From assembly GCA_031441465.1 (NCBI GenBank), contig JANOEP010000039.1:52906-116905 (forward strand): a stretch of DNA of 64,000 nucleotides, given 5' to 3'. Below are positions 49,675-58,189 of the stretch, in pieces (positions within the stretch are counted from its first letter, which is position 1; the number at the start of each line of letters is the position of its first letter). Source of the stretch: a bacterium. GTDB lineage: Bacteria > Krumholzibacteriota > Krumholzibacteriia > LZORAL124-64-63. The notes under the pieces were generated by a model, which saw only the letters and a list, made by a program, of their open reading frames with translations, did no database searches and was not told the origin of the DNA. Made by a program: the position numbers and the translations under genes.

Positions 49675-49887
49675 GTCGGCGGCTCCCTGCGGGGGGCGAG
49701 CGGGCGATGATCCGGGTTTCGACGCACCTGCACGGGGATTGTTCCCATCGACTGCCTGTCATCAATTCAATATGTTAATACCATACTAATTTGATATACT
49801 ATCAGGGTCGGGTCGTGTATCCTCAAGCGACTTGTTTGGAAGGGTGGCGTATCTCGCTACCGTTGTCACCGATGGAGGGAGATTCCC

Positions 49888-50475
49888 ATGCGCTCTTGCT
49901 TACTGCTTGGTCTCGTGTTCCTGACGGCGGCCGTCAGCGCCGCGCCTGTCCAGGCGCAAATCGTGAACGGTTCATTCGAGCCCGTGAGCTACTTCGGCGA
50001 CTGGGTCACCTTGCCCGGCGGTTCGACCGGGATCCCCGGCTGGACGGCCGTCGGTTCGGGCGTCGAGTGGTTCACCGGCTACGCTCTCGACGGGCTCTAC
50101 AACATCGACATTGCCAACTACACGTCGTCGGACGGGGGCATCGAGCAGACATTCCCCACCACGCCGGGCGAGGTCTACATCATCACGTTTTCCCTCGGCA
50201 CCCTCCAGTGGGCCGGCCGGGACGGCACGGCGGAGATCACGGTCAGCGCCGACGGGGCGAACCAGGTCTTCACCACCGTCAACTATTCGGCGGCGATCGT
50301 GTGGACCACGCAGGCGTTCACGTTCACGGCCGACGACGCGAGCGCCACGCTGCGCTTCCGCTGCCTGCAGAACGCCCTGCTGCACTTCGCCCACCTCGAC
50401 CGGGTGGAGGCGACGGCGCTGAGCACGCCGGCCGAGGCCAAGTCGTGGAGCGAGGTCAAGACGCTCTACCGATGA
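49888..50475 (+). CDS. Secreted DUF642 / choice-of-anchor-C-like carbohydrate-binding domain protein with conserved C-terminal tail
   Basis: Signal peptide; IVNGSFE, IPGW, GGIEQTFPTTPG..Y.ITF, FTFTA and LD.V; ends TPAEAKSWSEVKTLYR. Confidence 0.82.
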   Translation: MRSCLLLGLVFLTAAVSAAPVQAQIVNGSFEPVSYFGDWVTLPGGSTGIPGWTAVGSGVEWFTGYALDGLYNIDIANYTSSDGGIEQTFPTTPGEVYIITFSLGTLQWAGRDGTAEITVSADGANQVFTTVNYSAAIVWTTQAFTFTADDASATLRFRCLQNALLHFAHLDRVEATALSTPAEAKSWSEVKTLYR

Positions 50476-50698
50476 CACCGACTCGTCTTCCGGAATCCCG
50501 GGGCCGGTCAGCAGTTGCTTGACCGGCCCCGCTCGCGTGCGGCGGGCACGGTCGAACGCATTCTTGACAGGTCTGGTAGCCCCCAGAATCCGCTTGACCG
50601 ATTGATGGAAGTCAGGGTACTTTGTTCGGAGTACGTACAAAGATACGAATCAACGTCGCCGTTCTCCTCCAACCGGGAGCGATCCTCCAGGTGAAGCC

Positions 50699-52186
50699 AT
50701 GAACGCTGCAACGCACAACCGGACCGCGCCCGAGGACCGGATCAAGTTCGCCCATAAACTGGCCTACGGCGCCGGCGCTTTCGTGAACAACCTCCTGTCG
50801 GCGGCCATCGGCGGCATGATGATCATCCTGAACCTCGGGCTGCACATGGACCCGCGGATGGTTGGCTTGGTCAGCGCGCTGCCGCGCCTGGTCGATACGA
50901 TCATCGACCCGGTCATGGGCTACGTGTCGGACAACACACGCTCACGCTGGGGTCGTCGCCGTCCCTACATCTTTGTCGGCGCGATCCTGACGGCCGTGGT
51001 CTTCGCGCTACTGTGGCAACTGCCACGCAACGCCAGCCAGCACTACTACTTCGTGTGGTTCCTGGTCGGGTCGGTTCTCTTCTACATCTGTTACACGATC
51101 TTCGTCGCGCCGTGGGTCGCGCTGGGGTACGAATTGACCCCCGACTACAACGAGCGCACGCGCCTGATGGGCACACAGAACTTCATCGGGCAGTTCGCCT
51201 ACGTGGTCTCGCCGTGGTTCCTGTGGATCATGAACGGCGGCAGGTTCGGCGACCAGATTGCAGGCGCGGGCTGGCTGGCGATCGCGGTGGCGATCTGCAC
51301 GCTGGCGCTGGGCGTGCTGCCGGCCGTCTTCCTGCGCGAGCGCATGGCTGCGCTGGCAACGACCGCGACCGCCGCACACAGGGCCGAGGCCGCCGCGCGC
51401 GCAGGCAACCCGATCCTGCGCAACGTCAGCGAGTTCTTCCGCAGCTTCGCCTCGACGATGTCCACGATCCCGTTCCTGAAGCTGTGTCTGGCCACGTTCC
51501 TGGTCTTCAACGGTTTCATCCTGATCTCGGCGTTTTCCAGCTACGTGATCATCTACTACGTGTCGGGCGGCGATCAGGGCCTGGGCTCGAAATGGGTGGG
51601 CCTGTCCGGCACCGTGGGCGCAGTCGGCAGCTTCGGCGCGGTGGCCCTGGTGACCGTCCTGGCCACCCGCATCGGCAAACGCCGCACCTTCATGATCTCG
51701 ACGACCATCTCGATGGTCGGTTACGCGCTCAAGTGGATCTGCTTCAATCCGGCACACCCCTGGATGGTGCTGCTGCCGGCCCCGCTGCTGGCCTTCGGCC
51801 TGGGCGGCCTGTTCACGCTGATGCCGTCGATGATCGCCGACGTCGTCGATGTCGACGAACTGAGGACCCACCAGCGACGAGAGGGCATGTTCAGCTCCGT
51901 CTTCTGGTTCACCGTGAAACTGGGTTTGACCGCCGCCCTGGCCGGCGGCGGCTACATGCTCAGCGCCACGGGGTTCGACGTGGCGCTGGGCGGCGCGCAG
52001 AACCCCAGGACCATCACCCTGCTGCGCATCTTCGACGCGGGCATTCCCGTCCTGGCGTCGGCATTCGCCATCTGGGCCGTGGCGACCTACCCCATCACGG
52101 AGGCCAGAGCCATGGCCGTTCGCCAGGAACTGGAAAGCCGCCGCGGGCGGCCGGGGGCGGTCGCGCCCACGGACACTCCATCATGA
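50699..52186 (+). CDS. Glycoside-pentoside-hexuronide (MelB-like) MFS symporter
   Basis: DP.MGYVSDNTRSRWGRRRPY, ELTPDYNERT and ADVVDVDEL....RREG. Confidence 0.93.
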   Translation: MNAATHNRTAPEDRIKFAHKLAYGAGAFVNNLLSAAIGGMMIILNLGLHMDPRMVGLVSALPRLVDTIIDPVMGYVSDNTRSRWGRRRPYIFVGAILTAVVFALLWQLPRNASQHYYFVWFLVGSVLFYICYTIFVAPWVALGYELTPDYNERTRLMGTQNFIGQFAYVVSPWFLWIMNGGRFGDQIAGAGWLAIAVAICTLALGVLPAVFLRERMAALATTATAAHRAEAAARAGNPILRNVSEFFRSFASTMSTIPFLKLCLATFLVFNGFILISAFSSYVIIYYVSGGDQGLGSKWVGLSGTVGAVGSFGAVALVTVLATRIGKRRTFMISTTISMVGYALKWICFNPAHPWMVLLPAPLLAFGLGGLFTLMPSMIADVVDVDELRTHQRREGMFSSVFWFTVKLGLTAALAGGGYMLSATGFDVALGGAQNPRTITLLRIFDAGIPVLASAFAIWAVATYPITEARAMAVRQELESRRGRPGAVAPTDTPS

Positions 52187-52232
52187 GACCCTCGGATCGC
52201 CTCCTAACCGGCGGATCCGGAAGTTGATCGAC

Positions 52233-53252
52233 ATGCGCCCACGCCGCCACGTGCCGATCCTGCTGGCAGCCTTATCGATCGCCATGCTGGTCGGAACTGC
52301 CGAGAGGAGCAGTGCCGTGCCGTCTGCCGATCGCTTCCCACGCGAGGATCCCTTGCTGCCGCGTCCGTTCTCGCCGCGGACGGACGGCCGCCCGTCCGGC
52401 GGCGCCGTCTGCTACGGTCCCCACCGCGACGGTCAGCGCCCCGGCGGCCCCGCGCCGTCCGTCGAGGAGATCCGCGAGGACCTCCGCCTGCTGGGCCGGC
52501 ACTGGGACCTGCTGCGGATCTACGGCGCGTCCGGTTTCGCTGAGACGCTCCTGTCCCTGATCCGAGAGGACGGGCGGGATGTGCGGGTGATGCTGGGCGT
52601 GTGGATCGCGCAGGACGACACCCTGGCCAACCGGAACGAAGTCGAGGCGGCGGTACGTCTGGCGGCGGCCTACCCGGAAATCGTGGCCGCCGTGTGCGTG
52701 GGCAACGAGACCCAGGTGTCATGGTCGAGTTACCGTTGCGAGGCGGATTTCCTGGTCGGCTACGTGCGCGAAGTGCGGGCCCGGGTCACCGCGCCGGTGA
52801 CGACGGCCGACGACTTCAATTACTGGAACAAACCCGAGAGCCGGGCGCTGGCGGCCGAGATCGACTTCATCACACTGCACGCCCACCCCATGTGGAACGG
52901 CAGGCAGCTGGATGAAGCCCTGACGTGGTTTGGCGAGCAGATATCGGTGGTCCAGACGCTGCATCACGAGCGCGTCGTCGTGATCGGCGAGACGGGGTGG
53001 GCCACCTCCGTCCACGACGAGGGCGAGCAGGCGCGACTGATCAAGGGCCGTCCCGGTGAAGTCGAGCAGAAGAAATTCTACGACGAGGTCCGGGCCTGGG
53101 CCGAGGCGGAGCGGCGAACGGTGTTCGTTTTCGAGGCCTTCGACGAGAACTGGAAGGGCGGCCCTCACCCCGACGAAGTCGAGAAGCACTGGGGGCTGTA
53201 CCGGGCGGACAGGTCGCCGAAGGCGGCGGTGGCCCCGGTCTCCGGCGGCTAG
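52233..53252 (+). CDS. Glycoside hydrolase family 17 (beta-1,3-glucanase / glucanosyltransferase)
   Basis: LRIY, VGNE, IGETGWAT, FEAFDENWK and EKHWGL; signal peptide. Confidence 0.9.
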   Translation: MRPRRHVPILLAALSIAMLVGTAERSSAVPSADRFPREDPLLPRPFSPRTDGRPSGGAVCYGPHRDGQRPGGPAPSVEEIREDLRLLGRHWDLLRIYGASGFAETLLSLIREDGRDVRVMLGVWIAQDDTLANRNEVEAAVRLAAAYPEIVAAVCVGNETQVSWSSYRCEADFLVGYVREVRARVTAPVTTADDFNYWNKPESRALAAEIDFITLHAHPMWNGRQLDEALTWFGEQISVVQTLHHERVVVIGETGWATSVHDEGEQARLIKGRPGEVEQKKFYDEVRAWAEAERRTVFVFEAFDENWKGGPHPDEVEKHWGLYRADRSPKAAVAPVSGG

Positions 53253-54179
53253 TCACGCGGAATCGGGGTCGCGACGGTGCGGCCTCTCCGGCGGCAGCTC
53301 CCCGCGCGCCAGCAGCAATACGGCGCCCAGGATCATCACGCCCCCCACCATCCCCAGCGGCGCCAGACGTTCCCCCAGCACCAGCGCCGCCAGGCCGACC
53401 GAGATCACGGGCTCGATCGTCGACAGCGTCGAGGCGCTGGTCGGGCCGATCCGCTCCAGCCCGGCTAGAAAAGCGACGGTCGCCACGACCGTCGAGATCG
53501 CGGCGATGGCGGTGATCCAGCCCCACCCGGCCGGCGTGGAGGGCCAGCACGGGCCGCGCACGGCGACCACGGCGAGGTAGACGACCGCGGTCGCGGCCAT
53601 GATCACCGCCGCGGCGGGGATCGGCGGCACGGACTTCAGCAGGTGGGTGCCGTAGATGATGTAGAGGGCGTAGATCACGGCGGCCCCGACGCCCAGGGCG
53701 ATGCCGGTCGCCGTGCCGCCGCCGCTGAGTCCGATCGTCAGCACGGCGCCGGCCAGGGCCAGGCCCAGGGCGAGCGTCTTGCGGCGGGTGAGGCGCTCCT
53801 TCAGCACGAGCACGGCCAGGATCGCGACCAGCGCCGGGTAGAGGTAGAGCAGCAGCGAGACCAGGCCCGCCGAGGCGTGCTTCAGCGCGGTGAAGAAGCA
53901 GATCGACTGCCCGACGTAGCCGACGGCGCCCATGACGATCAGGCCGACCAGCGTCCGGCCCCGCGGCCAGGGCAGGCGCCGCGCGAACATCACCGGCAGC
54001 ATGATCGCGGTGGCCATCGTGAAGCGCAGCAACAGCAGCGTGACCGGGTCCACGCCCGAGCGGTAGGCGAGGCGGCCGAAGATCGGCATGGCCCCGAACG
54101 AGAGGGCGGACAGGAGGATCAGGCCGAAACCGGAGAGCCGGCGCCGCCGGTCCGCGGAGCCTGATCCCCCTGTCTTCAT
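53253..54179 (-). CDS. EamA/DMT family transporter
   Basis: About 10 TM helices with two EamA repeats (LLYLYP...LKER; IEPV...LGE). Confidence 0.9.
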   Translation of the reverse strand: MKTGGSGSADRRRRLSGFGLILLSALSFGAMPIFGRLAYRSGVDPVTLLLLRFTMATAIMLPVMFARRLPWPRGRTLVGLIVMGAVGYVGQSICFFTALKHASAGLVSLLLYLYPALVAILAVLVLKERLTRRKTLALGLALAGAVLTIGLSGGGTATGIALGVGAAVIYALYIIYGTHLLKSVPPIPAAAVIMAATAVVYLAVVAVRGPCWPSTPAGWGWITAIAAISTVVATVAFLAGLERIGPTSASTLSTIEPVISVGLAALVLGERLAPLGMVGGVMILGAVLLLARGELPPERPHRRDPDSA

Positions 54180-55372
54180 CAGAACGCGCTGATCAGGCCG
54201 ACGCTCAGCCGCAGCTTGCCGGCCTCCACGTCCTTGCCGCCCTCGAGCAGCAGGCGCAGGTTGCGGTCGATCAGGTGGTTGGCGGTGAGCGAGACGGTCT
54301 CGCGGTCGGCCGCGGCGTCGTCCGAGGCGACCTTGTTGTAGAGGCACGATAGCGCCCAGCGGCCGTCCTGCCCCTGCGGGAAGTAGTGCGCCTCCAGGAA
54401 GCCGCCGCGCGTGCAGTGCGTGTCGCCGCCGGTGTAGAACGGGTCATCGTCCTCGCGGTACAGGAACTGGGCGTTGAGCTGGGACTTCGCGCCGACGTCG
54501 ACCATCAGGTCGGCGCCCAGGTAGTAGGTGTCGTTCTTCAGCAGCGTGCCGCCGTTGTCCTGGGTCCGGCCCAGGTAGCCGAAGCCGCCCAGGCGCGCCG
54601 GCCCGGTCTGCTTGGCCAGGCGCAGGGCGAAGTTCTTGTACTTGTCGTCGTCGTGGTTCTTGAAATCGGAAACGCCGGCGTCCTCGGCCGCGCCGATGCC
54701 GTTGCCGTTGAGGATCATCGCCGCGAAGGCGACCTCGCCGGGCAGCGTGCGCAGGAACATCAGGCCGCGGTCGTAGGTGAGGTCGACGGGGGAGTCGCCG
54801 ACCCGGGTCTTGTAGACCAGGTAGTCGAAGCGCTCGAGGCGCAGTTCGCGCTTGAAGAGCGGGTCGCAGACCTGGAACTGGCCGAAGACGAGGTCGAAGC
54901 CGCTGCCGGCGGCGTCGTTGAGCTGCAGGTAGGCGTCTTCCAGGCCGACGAGTTCGCCGCGCTCCATCAGGAAGTAGAAGTAGTACGACGCCGTCTTGCC
55001 GACCGGGCCGCCGGACAGGATCTTCCAGACCCAGGGCCACTCGAGGTCGACCTCGGCGTCGGCGTCCTCCTTGTACGAGAGGTAGCCCTCCATCCGCGCG
55101 GCCAGCGGCAGGTCGCGCGGCAGGCGCAGCAGCGGGTCGCCCACGTCGTAGACGGCGCGCACCGGTTCCTGGCCCTCCTCCATGCGGAAGCCGCGGCCGG
55201 CGAACTCCTCGCCGTAGGGTTTGAGGCGGGGGAAGGGCGCGTGGCAGGTGGTGCAGGAGATCTGGTACTTGCGGGCGAAGGCCGGGATGGCGCCCGCGTC
55301 GTTCACGTCCAGCAGCAGCGCGACACAGGACAGGGCCGCCAGCGCGGCGAGGGTCAGGATTCTGCGGTTCAT
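54179..55372 (-). CDS. Cyc2-like fused monoheme cytochrome c-porin
   Basis: Signal peptide, IPAFARKYQISCTTCHAPFPRLKPYGEEF, then beta-barrel-like strands ending in F. Confidence 0.8.
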   Translation of the reverse strand: MNRRILTLAALAALSCVALLLDVNDAGAIPAFARKYQISCTTCHAPFPRLKPYGEEFAGRGFRMEEGQEPVRAVYDVGDPLLRLPRDLPLAARMEGYLSYKEDADAEVDLEWPWVWKILSGGPVGKTASYYFYFLMERGELVGLEDAYLQLNDAAGSGFDLVFGQFQVCDPLFKRELRLERFDYLVYKTRVGDSPVDLTYDRGLMFLRTLPGEVAFAAMILNGNGIGAAEDAGVSDFKNHDDDKYKNFALRLAKQTGPARLGGFGYLGRTQDNGGTLLKNDTYYLGADLMVDVGAKSQLNAQFLYREDDDPFYTGGDTHCTRGGFLEAHYFPQGQDGRWALSCLYNKVASDDAAADRETVSLTANHLIDRNLRLLLEGGKDVEAGKLRLSVGLISAF

Positions 55373-55390
55373 GTCGACTCCCTTCCGCGG

Positions 55391-56749
55391 TTAGAGAACC
55401 TCGAACGTGGTCTTGTGCGTGTTGATCTTCACCGGCTCGGACTCTTCGCGCGGCACGCCCATGTACTCGGCCACCGAGGAGACCAGCCGCGAATACCAGA
55501 CCTCGGCCGTCACGGTCAGCTGCCCCGGCGCCGCGTCCTGCGGCAGCTTCCAGGTGAAGGTCTCGTTCACGGCGGCCAGTGGCGCCAGCCGGTAGTCCGG
55601 CCCGAACGAGGCGGTGTTCCACTGCGCGATGGTCATGCGGCCCTGCGAGTCGAGGTAGGGCAGGCGGAAGATGCGGTCGCCCGCGGGCACCTCGCCGTCG
55701 CGCTTCAGGCCGGGGAATCCGACCAGACCCTTGATGTCGCCGAGGTCCTGGTAGGCCATCGCGGCCGCCGACGCGATCGTCAGCTCCTCGCCCGCGAACC
55801 CCTTCGCGTCGACGGGCAGGTGCCACGTCTTGCCCGCGGCGTCGGTGGCGGTCACGTGCAGCCACAGCACGCGCTCCTCGGCCGATCCCGACGGCACCTT
55901 GTGGCCGGCCTTCGCGTTGACCAGGGTCGCGGTCAGCCGCACGCTGTCGCCCGGCTCGGCCTCGCGCGATTCGGGGTGGATGCGCACTTCGATCACGCCG
56001 GCGAGCTTGCCGGGGTCGTGCGCGCCGTGGAACAGGTGCTGCCGCACGTCGGGCAGCGGCTCGCCCATCGTCGCGCTGCGGCCGGCCGCCGGCGGCATGT
56101 GGCAGTCCTGGCAGACGATGCCGGCCTTGCCGTGCGGGCCTTCCTTCCACTCGAGGTGCGTGCTCTTGACCCACAGCTCCCACGGGTTCTTCTCGTTGTG
56201 GCAGGTGCCGCAGAATTCGGCGGTGCGCAGGAACGGGTTCTCGACGGTGTCGTGGTGCGGGCTGACGCGGCCCGCCCGCGGCCCCTGCTTGACCCGGCCC
56301 GGCTCGCTGATCCAATTGAAGTTGAAGGGCGTGTCGCCCTCGAACCCGGTGATCGAGTGGCAGAGGTCGCAGGTGACGCCCTCGTTGGCGCGGCTGCCGG
56401 CCTCGGGGCGCGGCGGCGGCACGTCGCCGGCCAGGAACGCGATCGGGGCATGGCAGCCGTTGCAGCCGGCCCTGACCCCGGCGACCTTCGCCTCCTTCGC
56501 GGCGTGCGGCACCGCGAGGCCGAAGTACTCGAACTCGTCCCAGTGGTGGGTGTAGGACTGCGACATCATCGCCTGCTCGTGCTGGCGGGCGATGTCGATG
56601 TGGCACGTCGCGCAGACTTGCGGGCGTTCGTAGTCGTCGTAGGAGCGCGTGCCGAGCGCGGCGTCGCCGGCCGGCGTCGCCGCGAGCGCGCCGGCGGCGG
56701 TCGCCGTCAGGGCCAGACAGAAAAATACCAAAAGATGTGGGATGCGCAT
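55391..56749 (-). CDS. Periplasmic pentaheme cytochrome c with C-terminal beta-sandwich
   Basis: Five CxxCH motifs (CATCH, CNGCH, CDLCH, CGTCH, CQDCH), signal peptide and GHKVPSG. Confidence 0.92.
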   Translation of the reverse strand: MRIPHLLVFFCLALTATAAGALAATPAGDAALGTRSYDDYERPQVCATCHIDIARQHEQAMMSQSYTHHWDEFEYFGLAVPHAAKEAKVAGVRAGCNGCHAPIAFLAGDVPPPRPEAGSRANEGVTCDLCHSITGFEGDTPFNFNWISEPGRVKQGPRAGRVSPHHDTVENPFLRTAEFCGTCHNEKNPWELWVKSTHLEWKEGPHGKAGIVCQDCHMPPAAGRSATMGEPLPDVRQHLFHGAHDPGKLAGVIEVRIHPESREAEPGDSVRLTATLVNAKAGHKVPSGSAEERVLWLHVTATDAAGKTWHLPVDAKGFAGEELTIASAAAMAYQDLGDIKGLVGFPGLKRDGEVPAGDRIFRLPYLDSQGRMTIAQWNTASFGPDYRLAPLAAVNETFTWKLPQDAAPGQLTVTAEVWYSRLVSSVAEYMGVPREESEPVKINTHKTTFEVL

Positions 56750-56891
56750 CTTGACCTCCCGGTCGCAAGCGACGGGCGAACTGATGAACCTTGGCGAGGT
56801 TGCCGAGCGAGGTTAGGTCCGCGGCGGACGGGCGTCAAGCGACTGATCATCGACGATCAACAACCGGCGTCAGGCCGGCGGCGGGGAACGG

Positions 56892-58022
56892 TCAGGCCCG
56901 CGCCTGCAGGAACCTCCGGCACGCCGCCACGATCCGCCCGGTGGCCAGACCGTCGCCGTACGGGTTGATCGCGCGGGCCATCACGGCGTGGGCCGCGGGG
57001 TCGCGCAGCAGACGCGTCGCCTCGGTCACGAGCAGGTCCTCGTCGGTGCCCACGAGCCGCACGGTGCCGGCGGTCACGGCCTCGGGCCGCTCGGTCGTCG
57101 TGCGCATGACCAGCACCGGCTTGCCGAGGCTCGGCGCCTCCTCCTGCACGCCGCCCGAGTCGGTCAGGATGAGCGTGGCGCGGTCCATCAGCCGCACGAA
57201 GGGCAGGTAGGACAGCGGCGCGATCAGGTGGACGTTGTCCAAGCCGCCGAGCAGCTCGTTCACCGGCGCCTGGACGTGCGGGTTCAGGTGGACCGGGTAG
57301 ACGAAGGCGTGGTCGGGGAAGTCGCGCGCGAGGCGGGCGATGCCGCGGCAGACCGCGCGGAAGCCCTCGCCGAAGTTCTCGCGGCGGTGACCGGTGATCA
57401 GCACCAGGGGGCGCCCGCCGGCGATCAGGTCCTCGGGCAGGCCCGGCACCGCGGGCGGCGCGGCCAGCACGCGCGCGCGTGCCGCGAGCAGCGCGTCGAT
57501 GACCGTGTTGCCGGTGACGTGGATGCGGCCGGCCGGGACGCCCTCGCCCAGCAGGTTGTCGCGGGAGGTGGCGGTGGGAGCGAAGTGCAGGTCGACGAGC
57601 CGCGTGGTGAGCACGCGGTTGGCCTCCTCCGGGAACGGCGCGCGCAGGTCGCCGGTGCGCAGGCCGGCCTCGACGTGCCCGACCGGGATGCCGCGGTAGA
57701 AGGCGGCCAGGGCGGCGCAGAAGACCGTCGTGGTGTCGCCCTGGACCAGCACCAGATCGGGCTGCGCGTGCTGCAGGTAACCGTCGACGGCCGCGACGGC
57801 GCGCGAGGTCAGGCCGGCCAGTGTCTGGTCGGGGCGCATCAGGTCCAGGTCGTCGTCCGGGACGATGCCGAAGATCGCCATCACCTGGTCGAGCATCTCG
57901 CGGTGCTGGGCCGTGACGCAGACGTGGGGCGCGAGTTCCGGCTCCTGCCGCAGGGCCAGGATCACCGGGGCCAGTTTGATGGCCTCGGGGCGGGTGCCGA
58001 AGATGAGCGATACGCGGGCCAT
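56892..58022 (-). CDS. wecB: UDP-N-acetylglucosamine 2-epimerase (non-hydrolysing)
   Basis: FGTRPEAIK, QGDT, HVEAGLR, HRREN, TDSGGVQEE and ERPE. Confidence 0.96.
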   Translation of the reverse strand: MARVSLIFGTRPEAIKLAPVILALRQEPELAPHVCVTAQHREMLDQVMAIFGIVPDDDLDLMRPDQTLAGLTSRAVAAVDGYLQHAQPDLVLVQGDTTTVFCAALAAFYRGIPVGHVEAGLRTGDLRAPFPEEANRVLTTRLVDLHFAPTATSRDNLLGEGVPAGRIHVTGNTVIDALLAARARVLAAPPAVPGLPEDLIAGGRPLVLITGHRRENFGEGFRAVCRGIARLARDFPDHAFVYPVHLNPHVQAPVNELLGGLDNVHLIAPLSYLPFVRLMDRATLILTDSGGVQEEAPSLGKPVLVMRTTTERPEAVTAGTVRLVGTDEDLLVTEATRLLRDPAAHAVMARAINPYGDGLATGRIVAACRRFLQARA

Positions 58023-58189
58023 GGCCTCTCCATCGTGGCACCGGCGCCGCCGTGCCCGTCCCGGTGCGTGTTGATTTTCAGCCTGAACGCCTTTACAATA
58101 GCCGCCCGAGCGCATCACCGATAGCCTGAAAGTCCCGGCGGCGCAACCGCCCGCGCCCCGGCCCGTCCGCGTACCTGGAAGGAAACTCC

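Noticed and set aside
49791..49805. FNR box (TTGATATACTATCAG)
   Set aside because: The spacing is 5 rather than 4 bp and one half-site is imperfect; it may be another operator but cannot be assigned.
56892..58022. wecB as part of the polysaccharide operon (Nfr-like ManNAc polymer)
   Set aside because: It lies about 9 kb away on the opposite strand with unrelated genes between; no linkage evidence.
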